A DNA stretch of 49,577 nucleotides, counting the filler, from Sphacelaria rigidula (Eukaryota), in assembly GCA_964200075.2 (NCBI GenBank). It is 2 parts of 2 records of this genome, joined end to end, with 100 filler letters (N's around TTAATTAATTAA, not from the genome) between each part and the next. Parts side by side here need not be neighbours in the genome. Positions count along the whole stretch, not along the records: positions 1 to 24,760 come from CAXNAA020000191.1; 1 more part is not named here. The stretch is one strand, 5' to 3'. The notes under the pieces were generated by a model. That model was given only the letters and a program-made list of their open reading frames with translations, was not told the DNA's origin and did no database searches. Position numbers and translations under genes: made by a program. The first letter of the stretch is position 1, and each line of letters starts with the position of its first letter. Below are positions 1 through 13,000 of this stretch, piece by piece.

Positions 1-265
1 GGTGTCTTGTGGGTGAGCTATACTGCAAAGTTATTTGTTTGTGTACCACTGCGAACGAATGCATGGCTCTTGGACGCTTCTGCGTAATATTGCGGGAGCC
101 CCCCCCTCCCCCTGAACCAGCGACGGCGCTTCGCGCTTGGTGATTGATTGCGAGCCTGGTCCGGCGAAAACCCGGCGTGCTCCGTCCCGGCTTCGTAGGG
201 ATGCGAGGTCAATCAAGTCTTATGACCATGGCATCAAGATCATGAGTACACCCCCCCCTCCCCGT
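1..265. repeat. Dispersed repeat family A, copy 1 (truncated by the window start)
   Basis: Near-identical to 10094-10345; ends ...atcatgagtacacccccc. Confidence 0.92.
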
Positions 266-2255
266 ACTTAGCCTCGGTATTCCCCTTGTGATCGCCGGCA
301 GCAGCTACTCCGTGTACCACTCCTGGTACGATTCAGCGGATTATGACGTCGGCGTCGTACTCCTTGCCCTTTGTTGGCCGCACTGCAGTCCCCCGTACCT
401 CCTTGGCGACACGGACCCGCCAGATCCCGTATTGCCATCGAAATAATTGAAAGGATTCGAGTGCAAAACAGAGGACGTGAGCATCTCTTGAGAGTGTGAC
501 GCTTGCGTTTCACCTCCGTCGAATCCACCGTCTTCCGAGTCAACATGTGCACCATCTTCCGGTCGTGTAAGGGGAAGAACCATCACTTGTAGGTGTGGAT
601 GGTATCGACATCAGTCCTGCCGGCTTTGCGGTAGTGGGAGATCTGGGTCCGAGATGAAGGCTACCCCGGCCCCGTGAGAAAACGAAACGCTCAGAGTGAC
701 ACCCCGCTAGATCCTCATTGTCCCTATCGTTTTGATTCAGCGTTAAAGCTTTGAGCTACCCAACAGTGAGGCCAGCCTGGGCGACACTCAAGGAAAGTTG
801 GTCGAGACTCAGCGTGCCATAACTGGCGTTGACTCCCCAGCTCGTTACAACTTCGGTCGGCGTAAGGTCCGACGGCCGTTCAGATCGTGCTTACAATTTT
901 ACGGATACGTTTCCTGTCGTTGTCTTGTAAAGCGCGCCGTGAAGAGCCCAGTGAAACTTCCTCCCGCTCCGAAATTCTTCTGTCAAATCAGGTCCTGCAC
1001 CCCTTCCTCTGGAGCTTCTCTGATTGGGCGGCGTGCTTTTGACGAGGGTGTAGGATTGTTGGGGCTCGCCATGGGGGTCGGGGGTTGCACGCTAGCTGTA
1101 TGCGAGTAGGCAGGCTCCTAGTTCCCTTCGCAGTCGATGCGGAGCGTTGTAGGAGAGTGGTGCCGGTGGAGTTGTGAAAGATATGTGCGATTCAACGCTG
1201 GAGTAAGACCATTTAAAAAATAGAAATATGCCCCATTCTGCGTCATGTTCTTTCATAACCATGCCGGAAGAGGTTCTCGAGTAGAAATGTTTATAAAGTG
1301 GTCGTCTCCTAGTGTATAACAGGTAGAGGAATCTGACGCAATCGTCAACTCTGAAATCGGAGGTCACCCGGAATAGCTACAACTTAACGGCACAGACTTG
1401 AGGGACAGAGGAAGTACATATTCATCTACACATTGATACATCAGGTCCATGTGTCACAAGCGGTATTCGCTCGGTACAGTAAAATACTGCGAAATGTGCA
1501 GAAAACACCCCCTCTTGCTTTATTAGGCAGTTCTGTTACTTTCGGGGAGTCCTCGCACACTTCAGAACATATTACACCTGCTATTGCGTCCAGCATGGAC
1601 GTAGTCGTGTAGCATGTGTACAGTCCGTTCGCCATCGCTCTGCACTGCACCAGTTTGCGCTGATGCTGCCTGGTTTGCTGTAATCAGCAATCAGTGCCCC
1701 GCTGTGTGCGGTGAGTCGCAATGAAAAGCCCCTGACAACCGACGATGTGCTAGACACGAAAGATCTTGGTGCAGAATGCGTCGTCGCGTCCTTGACGGTG
1801 ATGATATCCTCAAACGTAGGATGCGACCTCGCGGGGATTTATTCGATCCCTTGTATTCGTAGCAGTACCCCGAGTGCCTCAGGAACACTTGTTCATTCGA
1901 CAACACAAAGATCAGCTGTACACCAACGACTGCGCGTTCTCCATGTAGCAAGTAGGTGACGACAAAACGACTTCAGTTGGTGACGATGGTTGCCAACCAA
2001 GCCTGCGGGGTGTGGTTGTTTCGTTCGTCGCGTGAGCTAGAGCCGATGTACTTTGAAGGCTTCTAGAATCATGGCGATCCACATCCCACCGAGAAGAACA
2101 CCTCGATATATATGTTCACTACCGGGGATGTGTTTGTGTCTGTCTTCCGAGCCAGACAGGGAGGTACAGGTAGACTCCTTTCCCGTCACAAATAACAGCT
2201 ACCTTTTGAAACGTTCCTCGTTCACTGTCCTCTCCATTGCCTGCTGATACCTCAG

Positions 2256-2312
2256 TGGTACCCGATGGCGTCCCTGAAGGATACGGACGAAGAAAGGGCC
2301 CACGCTGTTCAG
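2256..2312 (+). CDS. PAO-like exon (WYPMASLKDTDEERAHAVQ)
   Basis: ctcag| ... cag|gtgagt; WYP motif typical of the Rieske domain start. Confidence 0.88.
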
Positions 2313-3995
2313 GTGAGTTTGAGTGTACCGCAACGGCTGTTTCGTCACCGGGATAGCCAGCCGTGTAGCGCTCTTGTGTGTGGTGAGAAACATCTGCTGG
2401 ATCTTCGGATGTCGAATACGATGTGTTGTAGTCCGTCCAAAGAATACAGGTATGTACAAGCCGCACGGGACCCGGGGCTGCGCCCTGGTCCCCTCCGTCT
2501 TTATCGAGGGTCTCGGTATTCTTGCCTTGCCAAGCTCTCGTGAGAATGGATCCTCTCTCGAAATGTTCATTTTGCAGATAAGACAAAAACACACGTGAAC
2601 TCCTCCAGGATTGCGGGTATGAACGACGAGCAAAAGTGGGTATCTAAGACGGTAGAGCGCTCCGGTCCCGCCCGTCTTCTTGGACGGTCGCGGTATTCTT
2701 GCCTTGCCAAGCTCTCGTGAAAAATGATTATCGGTTACAATTTCATGTTGTATATGTTGTTGATTACGTCCGTAGTCGGTGGCTCTGCGGTGCCCACTGG
2801 TGTGTTTCTGTATCTAGTCTGCTGACCTGAATCCCGTGGGCTTTTCCCTCTTTTTAATTATATGATTCAAAATTTTTTTTTCTGCTCCTTTTTCTTTTCT
2901 CAGGTCGGCCATCTCTTTCTGGGCTTTGCTTTTGCTGATTTTTTTTTTTCGTCACTAGTATCATTATTTTTTACGTCTTAGTCTACTGTGTCGTTCTGTT
3001 CGACTTTTCTCTGCTCCTTCGTTTTGTTGAACGAGTGTTTCAGTCTTGCTTTTCTTGGGTACGTCTATCATGCGACCACAGCTGGACCCATGGGTGGTCA
3101 GTCGAAGTGCGACAATCAATCAATCAATCAATCAACCAACCAACCATACGGAAGATGTAAGACGCGAGAAGGAGTACTGGATTGCGGGTGCAACGATGAG
3201 AAAAGTGCACAGGGAAAAGGAAAAATATCGCAGCACGACTGTAGCACTCCCTCTGCTCGCACTGATGCCTTCGAGGTTACTTTGTTGACGGAGAAGACGA
3301 TACTGGTTGATGGAAGTGGGGAGGAAAAGTATGATGGTGGGAACAAAATTTGCGCGACAGTGAGGAATAGGACCGCGGGTATGTAGGATGAGAGAAAGTG
3401 CGGTGATTGCAATGGAAGATCTGTATGTCGTACCCTTTGAGGGAAGACAAAATAAATCGACTCCCCGTGTAGAAAAACTGTGTTCTACTCACGCACTACG
3501 AGCCAAAGGCATGTCGCCGAACAGGGTTCGAACCCATGCCGCCGTCGTGCACTGTCGCACAATCACCTCTCAGCTACAGAGTAGACGCACATCTTGAGAC
3601 TAGGGCGCCAGATTTCATCTTGTATAGATTCCAAACTTACATATACTAAAAGCATATTCCAATATATATATACACACTATGGGAAGCTCCTGTGCGGGCG
3701 GGTGCGAACATTACACACTCATTCCAGCATAAATCGCCGGAAACATTGCAGGACCACCGTGATCATGCGTCCGTTCGAACGGTCGCGAACGCTTGTGTAC
3801 CCCCGCACAAACTGTGGCACAAATCCGCGAACCGGACGCCTAGCATTGGCGTTGGCCCAAACAGTCATCTCCCGAGGCGGGTGCGGAGGAACTTGCACAC
3901 TAAAATCAGCATTGAATCGCGTGGACGCCTCGTTACAAAGTATGCTTGACGTTCGAGCGTTCGTTCGAAATATTCTATATATATACTACAGTCAG

Positions 3996-4026
<31 letters not shown>

Positions 4027-7000
4027 CTTTGTATTCAAATGTTGCCAGGTAGAAACTACAACTATCGAAGGAAACAGAGGCGATCGTACACCTCGCCACC
4101 ATACCGCCGGGCCGGGTAAAGTCCAGCCCTTTCTTGTTGTTGCCCCTCGATCGAGGAAGACAAAAGACAATGTGATCGTTCAGACGTTTTTGTCATAGGG
4201 GGACTGTCGCTTCAAACTTGCGCGTTCCATCACTCCTTTCGCGGCTTGAGTCTGCTTCTTCGTGTGATTTACGTGCAAAATATTCCCAGCTTCTGGGGAA
4301 AAACCTGGTGTTGTGGCGTGATGGACAGGGCAAGTGGGCGTGCTTCGACGACCGATGCCCTCACAGAGCGGCACCTTTATCAGAAGGTCGAGTGGAGAAA
4401 GATGGATCGCTCTTGTGAGTTCGACGCTTCGGTTGATCTATGCACAATTTTATTAGCTGATCCGTTTCAGCGCATTTATCTAGGATTGTATTGTCGACGA
4501 TATACGGCGCGTGAGCATTCAGACTCGGGTTACTTGTGCAGCATCGCCCAGGACGTTGAGCTGTTTGTGGGGTGTATACCTCTCTTTCTTGCAGACGACC
4601 AGTCTCTCATTGTTTTTTTCGGGCGATACATTTTGATGGATGGAGTTTTCTTCGCAGCTGAGGACTCACGTTCGACTGGGCCTCTTGTGAACAGGACATC
4701 GTCGACCTGAAGCATGCGAAGTTGTATCTCTCACCAAGGTTTGTCAAACGCAAGAGTAGAATTTCGGTGCCTCATCTCACAAAAGCAGCGATAATCCATT
4801 TCGTTTGTTTCATGAGTCGATCGATACTGCCAATTTGTTTTGAAGAGTGGCGTGCAGATCAGGTTTTACAGCGCTGAATTGTCCGCACAGGTGTGCCTAC
4901 CATGCATGGCGCTTCGATGCCGACGGCAAGTGCCTCAAGATTCCACAGAGCAACAGGAATGGGAGGGACGAGGCTCAGCCTGCCGCATGTGCAGTATCGT
5001 ACCCCACCAAGGTACTCGATTCCCGTTTCAGAATGAAGGACATCTGGACTCTTTCAGCAGGACATACTCGCCTCGGATGTTGCTAGTAGCAATGACAACA
5101 GGGGTTCACGGGGTGGAGCCATCACTGTGCTTACATATTTGAAATCTGAATGCTTTCAAGTACCTTGAGCCGTATATTTATGGTCACAAGAGCTGTCGGT
5201 GCAGCTGTTGAGGTAAAACGAATGGGGCGTCGCTGCACAAGATCGGCTCTCTGGTGCTCTTCGCGTGTGATCTCCGCATATCAATGGAAATCACTATTCT
5301 TCTAATCTCGAGCGATACACACTCAGAAGGTTGTGGCAAATTCGGAATATGAACTAGACGCGAGTTGCACCACACCAATTTTGGCGGGTCCCTAGAGTAA
5401 GCAAAATGGCTCCGCGTAGCCGGTACGAAGGCCATGTCTATTGCGTCGTTAAGGTGATGCCTCTCGTCACGTTCTTACGGTGTCAAAAGATGGGACTCGC
5501 TGCGGGAGATGATTTTTTTTCTTACTTCTGAATGTTCCCATGATCCATGCCGACAGGTGGCTCAGGAAATGATCTGGGTGTGGGGCGAAGCCGGACCGGA
5601 TGCTGTTCTCGAGAGCGCCCTTGCGCCTCTACCTCTTGACGTTCCCGAACTCGACGATACAGAAGCGCGAAAAGACGGGAGGGTATTCGCATTCCCGCCG
5701 AGCCAAATAGATATGCCGTACGGGTGGGACACCGTGATGGAGAATCATATGGTGCGCATTTCATGGCTGTGTATGTTTTTGTTTGTGCGTGGCCGGGTAC
5801 CTCTTTCAGAGCAAAGGTTGACATCCGTCGGTGTGAGATGCTGATATGTTGTCTCAAGGTTAGGAGTAGTGTTCTATTTCCCCAGATGAGTGTTCCTGTT
5901 CGATTGCCCACACACCTGGTGGTCCAATGCTACAACTGAAACCATTAGGTCGGAAAAAATGTGTTTTCGATTCCCGCTACAGTTTGCACTTAGTTTGGTT
6001 ATTTTCTGTCTAGTGTCTGATTCCTGTTGTGGAAGGCGTAAGGACGTGATATGCAGCAAAAACAGTTTGTTTGACTAGAGCCGACACGGTGCGGAAGTGC
6101 TGGTCATGATCCAACCCGTGGTACCGAAGTATAGGGCGTCTTCCGGGGAATAGATGCGCTGATTCCCTCAGAGCATGGGCTCGTGTCGAGAAAGAGGAGG
6201 GATTCACAGCGGGACGAAAAACTAAAAGGTGATACTTCAGTCCATGATCCACGGCTGATGTCTTCCTCCATCCCTGTTTCTGTACGTTTCACGTGATTTC
6301 GCCGACGTTTGCTCGGTACTGAACGCTCAGGATCCATCGCATGTTCCGGTTTCCCATCACGGTGAGATGCTTCTTCCAGCGTGGATGTTTTTTTCGGCAG
6401 TAGGCGTGATGACCAGGGTCATTCTTATCAGAATACCGCGTGTTACTGTGCGTAGTTAATGGAGCTCTGGTTTGTAAGTAGGGCGGGATGGACAACGGTA
6501 CTCCATTATTCATGGCTCAAAGGGAAACTGTGTCTCCCGTGCAGTCTGTATGTTAACGCGTGAATAAAATCTTCCAATAGAGAAAATGAACTTTTTACTT
6601 GGAGCCCAGTGCAGATTCGACGTGTTATATCGTACCCCGAACCCACGAGGCGCAGTGTCTAATGCCGCTTCATTGGCAAGTTAGCAACCCTGGTCGTATT
6701 ATTACAAACTCTCTCTTTGCTCCCGCTCTACAGTTTCAGGATCCAAGTATAAGAACCGTATCATCTCTTTCACACCGATGGGCTCGAACTCGCTGCTAAC
6801 CTAGACGCTGCTCGCTTGCTGCGTCCAGGAACTGTTGGCAATCGTTACACGGACCCCAAGCCTGTGGACTACCCTATGCCTACACCAACGAAGGCAAGCT
6901 TTGAATTTCTCCTGTGCGCTTGGTTACATGAGCCTGTTCAGGCCCAGCCGTGCTTTCGGCTGTGGCTTTTGATTTGTCGAAGCGAACAGAACGAGCTGGC

Positions 7001-10000
7001 CATCTAGGTCAAAACTATCTGTCTTGGGAAGGCGCGAGCCTGATGAAACCAACTAATGTTCACGCCCACGGCTGGCTGACAACGTGGCCTCCGTAGCTTG
7101 ATCATGCACCCTCGCGTGCTCGAGCCAACGAGCTGATGGCCGATCAACTGGAAAGCACCTCGCAGGAAAATGCCCGTTGAGTATTGGATTAGGTGACCTG
7201 TTTCCACCGCGAAGAACTTGTGCAAGGCTACGACCCCCTCCCCCCAATAAAACGTCGGTAACGTTTCTCCCCGCGACTTGTTTTCACAGAACGGCTTTGC
7301 GTTGGACATCGGCAGCGGCGGCAATGAAGGCGATACCGCTCTCTTTAAGCCTCCTGCACTGGTGAGCCGATTGATTGTCATACAGCACGTACACGCACAT
7401 GATCGCAGTCGCACTGATGTATGGTCATAGTGAGGATGTGCACGAAGTGTTCGTCTCTTCACTTGTTGACACCTTAACTTGGTCGCATGCATATGGGTTG
7501 GGATTTTTCCTTTGTCTCTACTGCACCGCTTGCATGGCCAATGCATTGTTATCAAACCGCGTGCATGGGTGATACGCCTTTACCGCATCGTGTGCATGGT
7601 TAACGGCGGCCGTCAGCTGTTCTGCCTCAGAGAATGCATGCTACTGACGGAAAGTTTTTACATGGAGTTCGACCTGCGCGAGACGCAGCTAAAGCTTTCA
7701 TCATACAGTCGTTATTATGATGGGTGGATTGCAGGGGCTGGCAAGGGTATAAGCGTTGTTTTCCGTTTTGGTACTGCCTTGTTATTTTTAGAGATGAGGT
7801 GATGTGCGCAATATTGGAAGACATTTTCACGGGCGAAGTATGTGATAGTCCTGTCTACCCTCACGTGGCGTATATCCAAATCGCGGTAGAGATCACTTGA
7901 ATTTCATACATGTACGACGTTTTTGTGCGCAGAACCAATCTTCATGTTCCTGTGGTGTGTTGCATTAAAATCTGCCGATGTTGACAAGGTAACGATCTGG
8001 GGCGAAACACCCGACGGTGCAAAGACGCAGCTCATCCTCTATGCCACTCCCACGCGACCGGGATGGACTCGCCTCATCGCGCGCCAGGTAAGTTGTCTTT
8101 GATCCTGGGTGGCGGTTTTCGGCGGTCTGCGCTGCACGTACCGAGCTGAAGGACATGGATCGATTGCCCCCAATGAGAACTCGCACACGAGCTGGAATGG
8201 TTCGTTACTCGGGCGCTCGATGAGTGCCTCCGGTGGGCTAAACCCGGCCCATTGTATAGTTCAATCAGTCTTATACGGATCTTTCGATGTGTAGGTGCCC
8301 TTTCTCGTGTAGATGTTTTCTTTCTCGCCTTCCTCTGTGGGCTGACTTATGGGTGGGTATGGGTGGTACACTCCTTGCACTCTATGACCACGTGTTCGAG
8401 AAATCGAGCTAATATGACGAACATGATGATGATCGTCCGATGCAAAAAAAGGTTGTCGCGTATGCCTTTCTACAAAGCATGCTGCATATGACATTGAATG
8501 GCTGGAGACCGCAGAGAGGCGTTTTACTCACCGTATTCGCGTGACTTGATCTCACGCCGTTTCGTGCCACGAGTTGTCTCTACTTGAAAAACGCCTACTG
8601 TTTGCCGGGCAGCTTTTTTGGAGTCGCCCCTCTGCGAAGTTGAAAACGATTCACGACTCTGTTGGCGGAGCCTACACCTAGCAGACGGTGAGCCCTTCAC
8701 GCATTGTGAAGTGGTTTTGCACAAATGGTTTTTCGCGTGGCGTGGCGGAATTTCCGATCGGTGTTTGTGCTACTTCCTCTCGTACGGACTGGCGTGATCT
8801 CCTCGCAATACTACAACGTTTGTGTCGTGGTTTGTTTTCGATCGGCGTGCCGCAGATGCTTGTGAAGAGTGACAACGGTGGTGATGCCAAGGGCTTCGGC
8901 AGCAGGTGGGTCAAGTAGTCCCCGGGTGATGGTACGCACGTAGGCAGGACGACCCGCTCGTGTACAACCAGCTGTGGTCGTAGGTTCAGTCGTGATTTGG
9001 GTGCAGATGTCGAGTGGCTCAGCTCGACACATAGCTGTGTATAAGTGCTACCTTCCGAGCCCTGTGAGAAGAGCAGGTTTATGGTCAGCAGAGGGAGGTT
9101 CCGTTGAGTTTGATGGGAGCGATCTGCACGGATACGTCCTCATTTCACGGTACCACGTGCTGCGTTGCAGTCAAACGCCTGTGTCGACGAAGCATTACAC
9201 GCGCATTTCTACCCCCTTCGCTTATCCTGATCTCGAGTTTCACCGTCCGTCCTCGCCCCCAACCCTGCATTTCTTCGATCTGTTGTTTCGCCTCCGTTAT
9301 CTTGTGCTCTGGGGCTCGTTGTGCTCGCGTGTTTGCGTCGCCGGTGACCCTCCACGCTAGCTTCAAGCTGCTTCGTGTTTTCCCTCCTCCTGCCTGGTTA
9401 GTTCACCTGCTGACCGTTGCCTTCACTGACCAGGATATGGTGTTTCTTCACGACCAGGTGAGGTTCAGTCCGGGCGTATGCTATCACAGTGAAGTAGAGG
9501 GGCGCCACACGAGACTGTAACAGCCCGTGTCGAGTGCTGGCGTGTGGTTTTAAGATAAGACGTTGCTGATGTGCGGCTAGCGCGATGGGTGTGCATGGCA
9601 ATCCGCGCAAGGGTATTCCGATATATTGAATTAGAGTTCCTGACGCACTATGACGTATTTTGGTGCGAAGACTCAAGAGGTACTTCACATTTTGCCCGCG
9701 CGCCCCGGTGATGGAACTGATTCGACATCGGCTAGTTTGGACGGAACGGTGACTTCGAACACCCCGAGAGCGTATGGTGTATTGTTTTCCGCCGTGGAGA
9801 GGTAAAGGCGTGAGTAAACAAGCAACTCGGTGGACGTTGACGGGCTGCGGGGGTACTAATCCAACCCTCGATATCAACTGTTGAGCAGATACAGGGAGAA
9901 CGGTTAACCGGTGCCTCCAAGCCCAGCACGTGTCCCGAGGAAAGGGGCGGGTGAGGAATGCGACGGAAAATACACTCGTGAAGTTGAAACAAGATGAGGC

Positions 10001-13000
10001 ATATGCTTCATTCGGGATGCTCAACATTACGTATACCCATGCGTTATGAACGGCCGACCAATAATAGGGCTTCGCAGAACGTCTGTCGGGTTGGGTGTCT
10101 TGTGGGTGAGCTATACTGCAAAGTTATTTGTTTGTGTACCACTGCGAACGAATGCACGGCTCTTGGACGCTTCTGCGTAATATTGCGGGAGCCCCCCCCT
10201 CCCCCTGAACCAGCGACGGCGCTTCGCGCTTGGTGATTGATTGCGAGCTTGGTCCCACGAAACCCGGTGTGCTCCGTCCCGGCTTTGTTGGAATGCAAAG
10301 CCAATGGTCTTACAACTACGGCATGCAAGATCATGAGTACAACCCCAAACCAGCCCCAAAAATGTTCCGAACAAAATGCTCGTACAGTGCACGATAGCTG
10401 GTTTCAGGCTGCATGAAGCACCCGACATGCGTGACATGGGCAAAAATGATCCCACGCGTGGGAGGACCCAGCTGCTCGATGTGCTCGGCTCATGTCATTT
10501 TGATTTATGTGCAGATTTTCCTTCCTCAAGCCAGCCACTTTTCTGGGGTGGGGGGGACTCATGGTATTTCATGCCAAAGTCATATGACCGTTGACCTCGC
10601 AGCCCTACAAAGCCGGGACGGAGCACACCGGGTTTTCGCCGGACCAGGCTCGCAATCAACCACAAACTGCGCAGTGCTGTGATGTGTTCGGCGAGTCGTA
10701 CGAAGGATGAGTTGCATCCTGCCAAGATTGTTCGGCCCGAAGCGCACTGATTATCTTGCTTTTGGATGACAGCCTCCAATGAGTTGAATCATTATCTGGT
10801 ATCGCCACTTCCAGAGACAGCCACGGGTTCCATACTGCCTCATGGGTGTCTCACCATGCCACTCTTATGGGGTGTACTCATGATCATGCACACTTTTATG
10901 GGGGGGGCGGGGGATATCGCGGGCATCAGTCCTGCTATGCTGTCCATGCGTGCTGAACGTGAGCGAAAAGGTGTAGATCCACGAAACGCATGCTAGGAGA
11001 CTGCTCCCGCCACGTCTGCAGTAAAATGCACTCGCATGCGGATTACGTTCTAGAAGTGTCGAATTAGTTCGTATCCTCAGAAACATAGTGGGGGTATAAG
11101 AACGGTCACTAGAAGGACCAAAATCCAGCCCGTGGTGACTTTCGACCAAAGTTGGGCTCATGTTGGCCGGAATCACTCTCCGTTCAACGTGTGCTGATTC
11201 GAGGCGTACTTTGCGTAATCCTGAAAGCAACTAGTTGGTACGAATCCGACCCCCCGCCCTCTTTTCCGGTTTGTTTTACCGTTAGGTTTATTCCTTCAAG
11301 ATATCATGAATCAACCCCGAAAAAGACCGTTTTTTCCCCGCATGATTGGGCTCAAACAGGAGAAAAAGGAGTTCTGTGGCGGGGGGGGAGGGGGGGTGTA
11401 CTCATGATCTTGCATGCCACAGTCGTAAGACTATTGACCTCGCATCCCTACGAAGCCGGGACGGAGCACGCCGGGTTTTTGCCGGACCAGGCTTGCATCC
11501 AATCGCCGAGCGCGAAGCGCCGTGGCGTGTTCGGCGAGTCGCATGAAGGATGAGTTGCACCCTGCTAAGATTTTGCGGCCCGAAGCAGACTGATTATCTT
11601 GCATTTGAATGACAGCAGACAATACATTGCTTCATTTTCTGGTGTCGCCACTTCCCGACACAGCCATAGCTTATACACTGCCTCATGGGTGGCTCACAAT
11701 TTGAACACTTCGTGGTACGATCATCCCCGTTGTGCGGAGTTGAGGTTCTGCCACACCGCACATCATGATCTAGCTCGACTACCATCACGGTTACCGTAAA
11801 AAAAACCCCAAGCGCGCAAAAAAAACCCGGTAACCTTGTTGCCTAGCTTCCGCAGGGAGTAGCGTGTTTTGCAGCGTCATCACCATCCGATGCCAACCCC
11901 ATCGGGGGTCCGCCCCTACAAAGCTGGGATGAAGCACGCCGGGTTCTCGTCGGACCAGGGGGGGGGGGGGGCTTCCGGATATATAAAATATAAACGAGGG
12001 GTTTGGCAGCTTTTCCCGTCACGCTCAGTAGATCGACAGCCAAGCATGAGCACCGGTGACAGTCATGTAGGTTGCGTGATGACACATGTCATAGTTTGAA
12101 GAAGCCGTAGCTGCACGTGAGCGGAGCACGTTGGGCGTGGCCTTGCACAATTCCGTTCTGATTTAAGAACAAACGATGATTTGTGCGAGACGCGCACACA
12201 GCACGCGCACAAAAAAGGTTAGTACTCGTTCAGATTCTGCCGCGAAAAGGGGTGAAAACTGTTGCATCGGCCGCTCATGAAGAAATGTTCAACTACAGAA
12301 ATTGACAGGAGGTGTTGTTGACTGTTTTCGGTCCAAAGCATATTTCTTTTCCGCGGTAGAGAGATGATTATATAGGCTGAGAAAAAAACGATTTTGTGAA
12401 AATATTTGCGTGAACGATCGGGATTGGTCCACCCCTCCGTTGGACAATTTCGTACTTGTTACCTATTTTTATGATATCCTCGTGCAGCATTCCTTTTCAG
12501 CGCTGGAACACCCTTGCGTCGATAAATATTGAGAAACGAAGCGGATCGTGTTCAGGACACAATCAATCCCCAAGTTAGCGTCGTCGGGGGGCTACTGAGT
12601 GAAGGCCTCGTTAGTAATGAGGGTGTTGTCGGCCGTCACTAGTCGGAAAAAACACGTTTTTTTACCCTTGCGCAATGAACAGGTAGACATTAGGGAAGAA
12701 AAAAATATTTACATTTGTTCACGAGATCGGTCGGGATTACTCTAATCTTGCTAAAGACAGACGAGTCATAACCTGGGGCTGTGTAGTCGCAGGACGCCCA
12801 ATGACCGGTCAGCCCGTAAGTTGTTCAGCATCGAGTGCAGAGATAATTTTCTTTTCGGAATTCGGAGCCGATGCCTAGTACTTCCTCTGTCCCATAAGTA
12901 AAGGTCCTTATGGGGGGCAGATCGTATTTCACCAATGGAATTGCCTACGGTGCACAAGTTAGGTTTGCTGAAAAGCTTTCGATACGCTGATGCTCTTGAA

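Noticed and set aside
268..1110. Minus-strand coding-like GC-rich stretch next to repeat A
   Set aside because: Several stops and no recognisable motif; may be decayed TE sequence but cannot be supported.
1700..2170. Candidate upstream exons of the PAO-like gene
   Set aside because: No segment with convincing splice sites plus targeting-peptide or family similarity; the 5' end probably lies upstream of the window.
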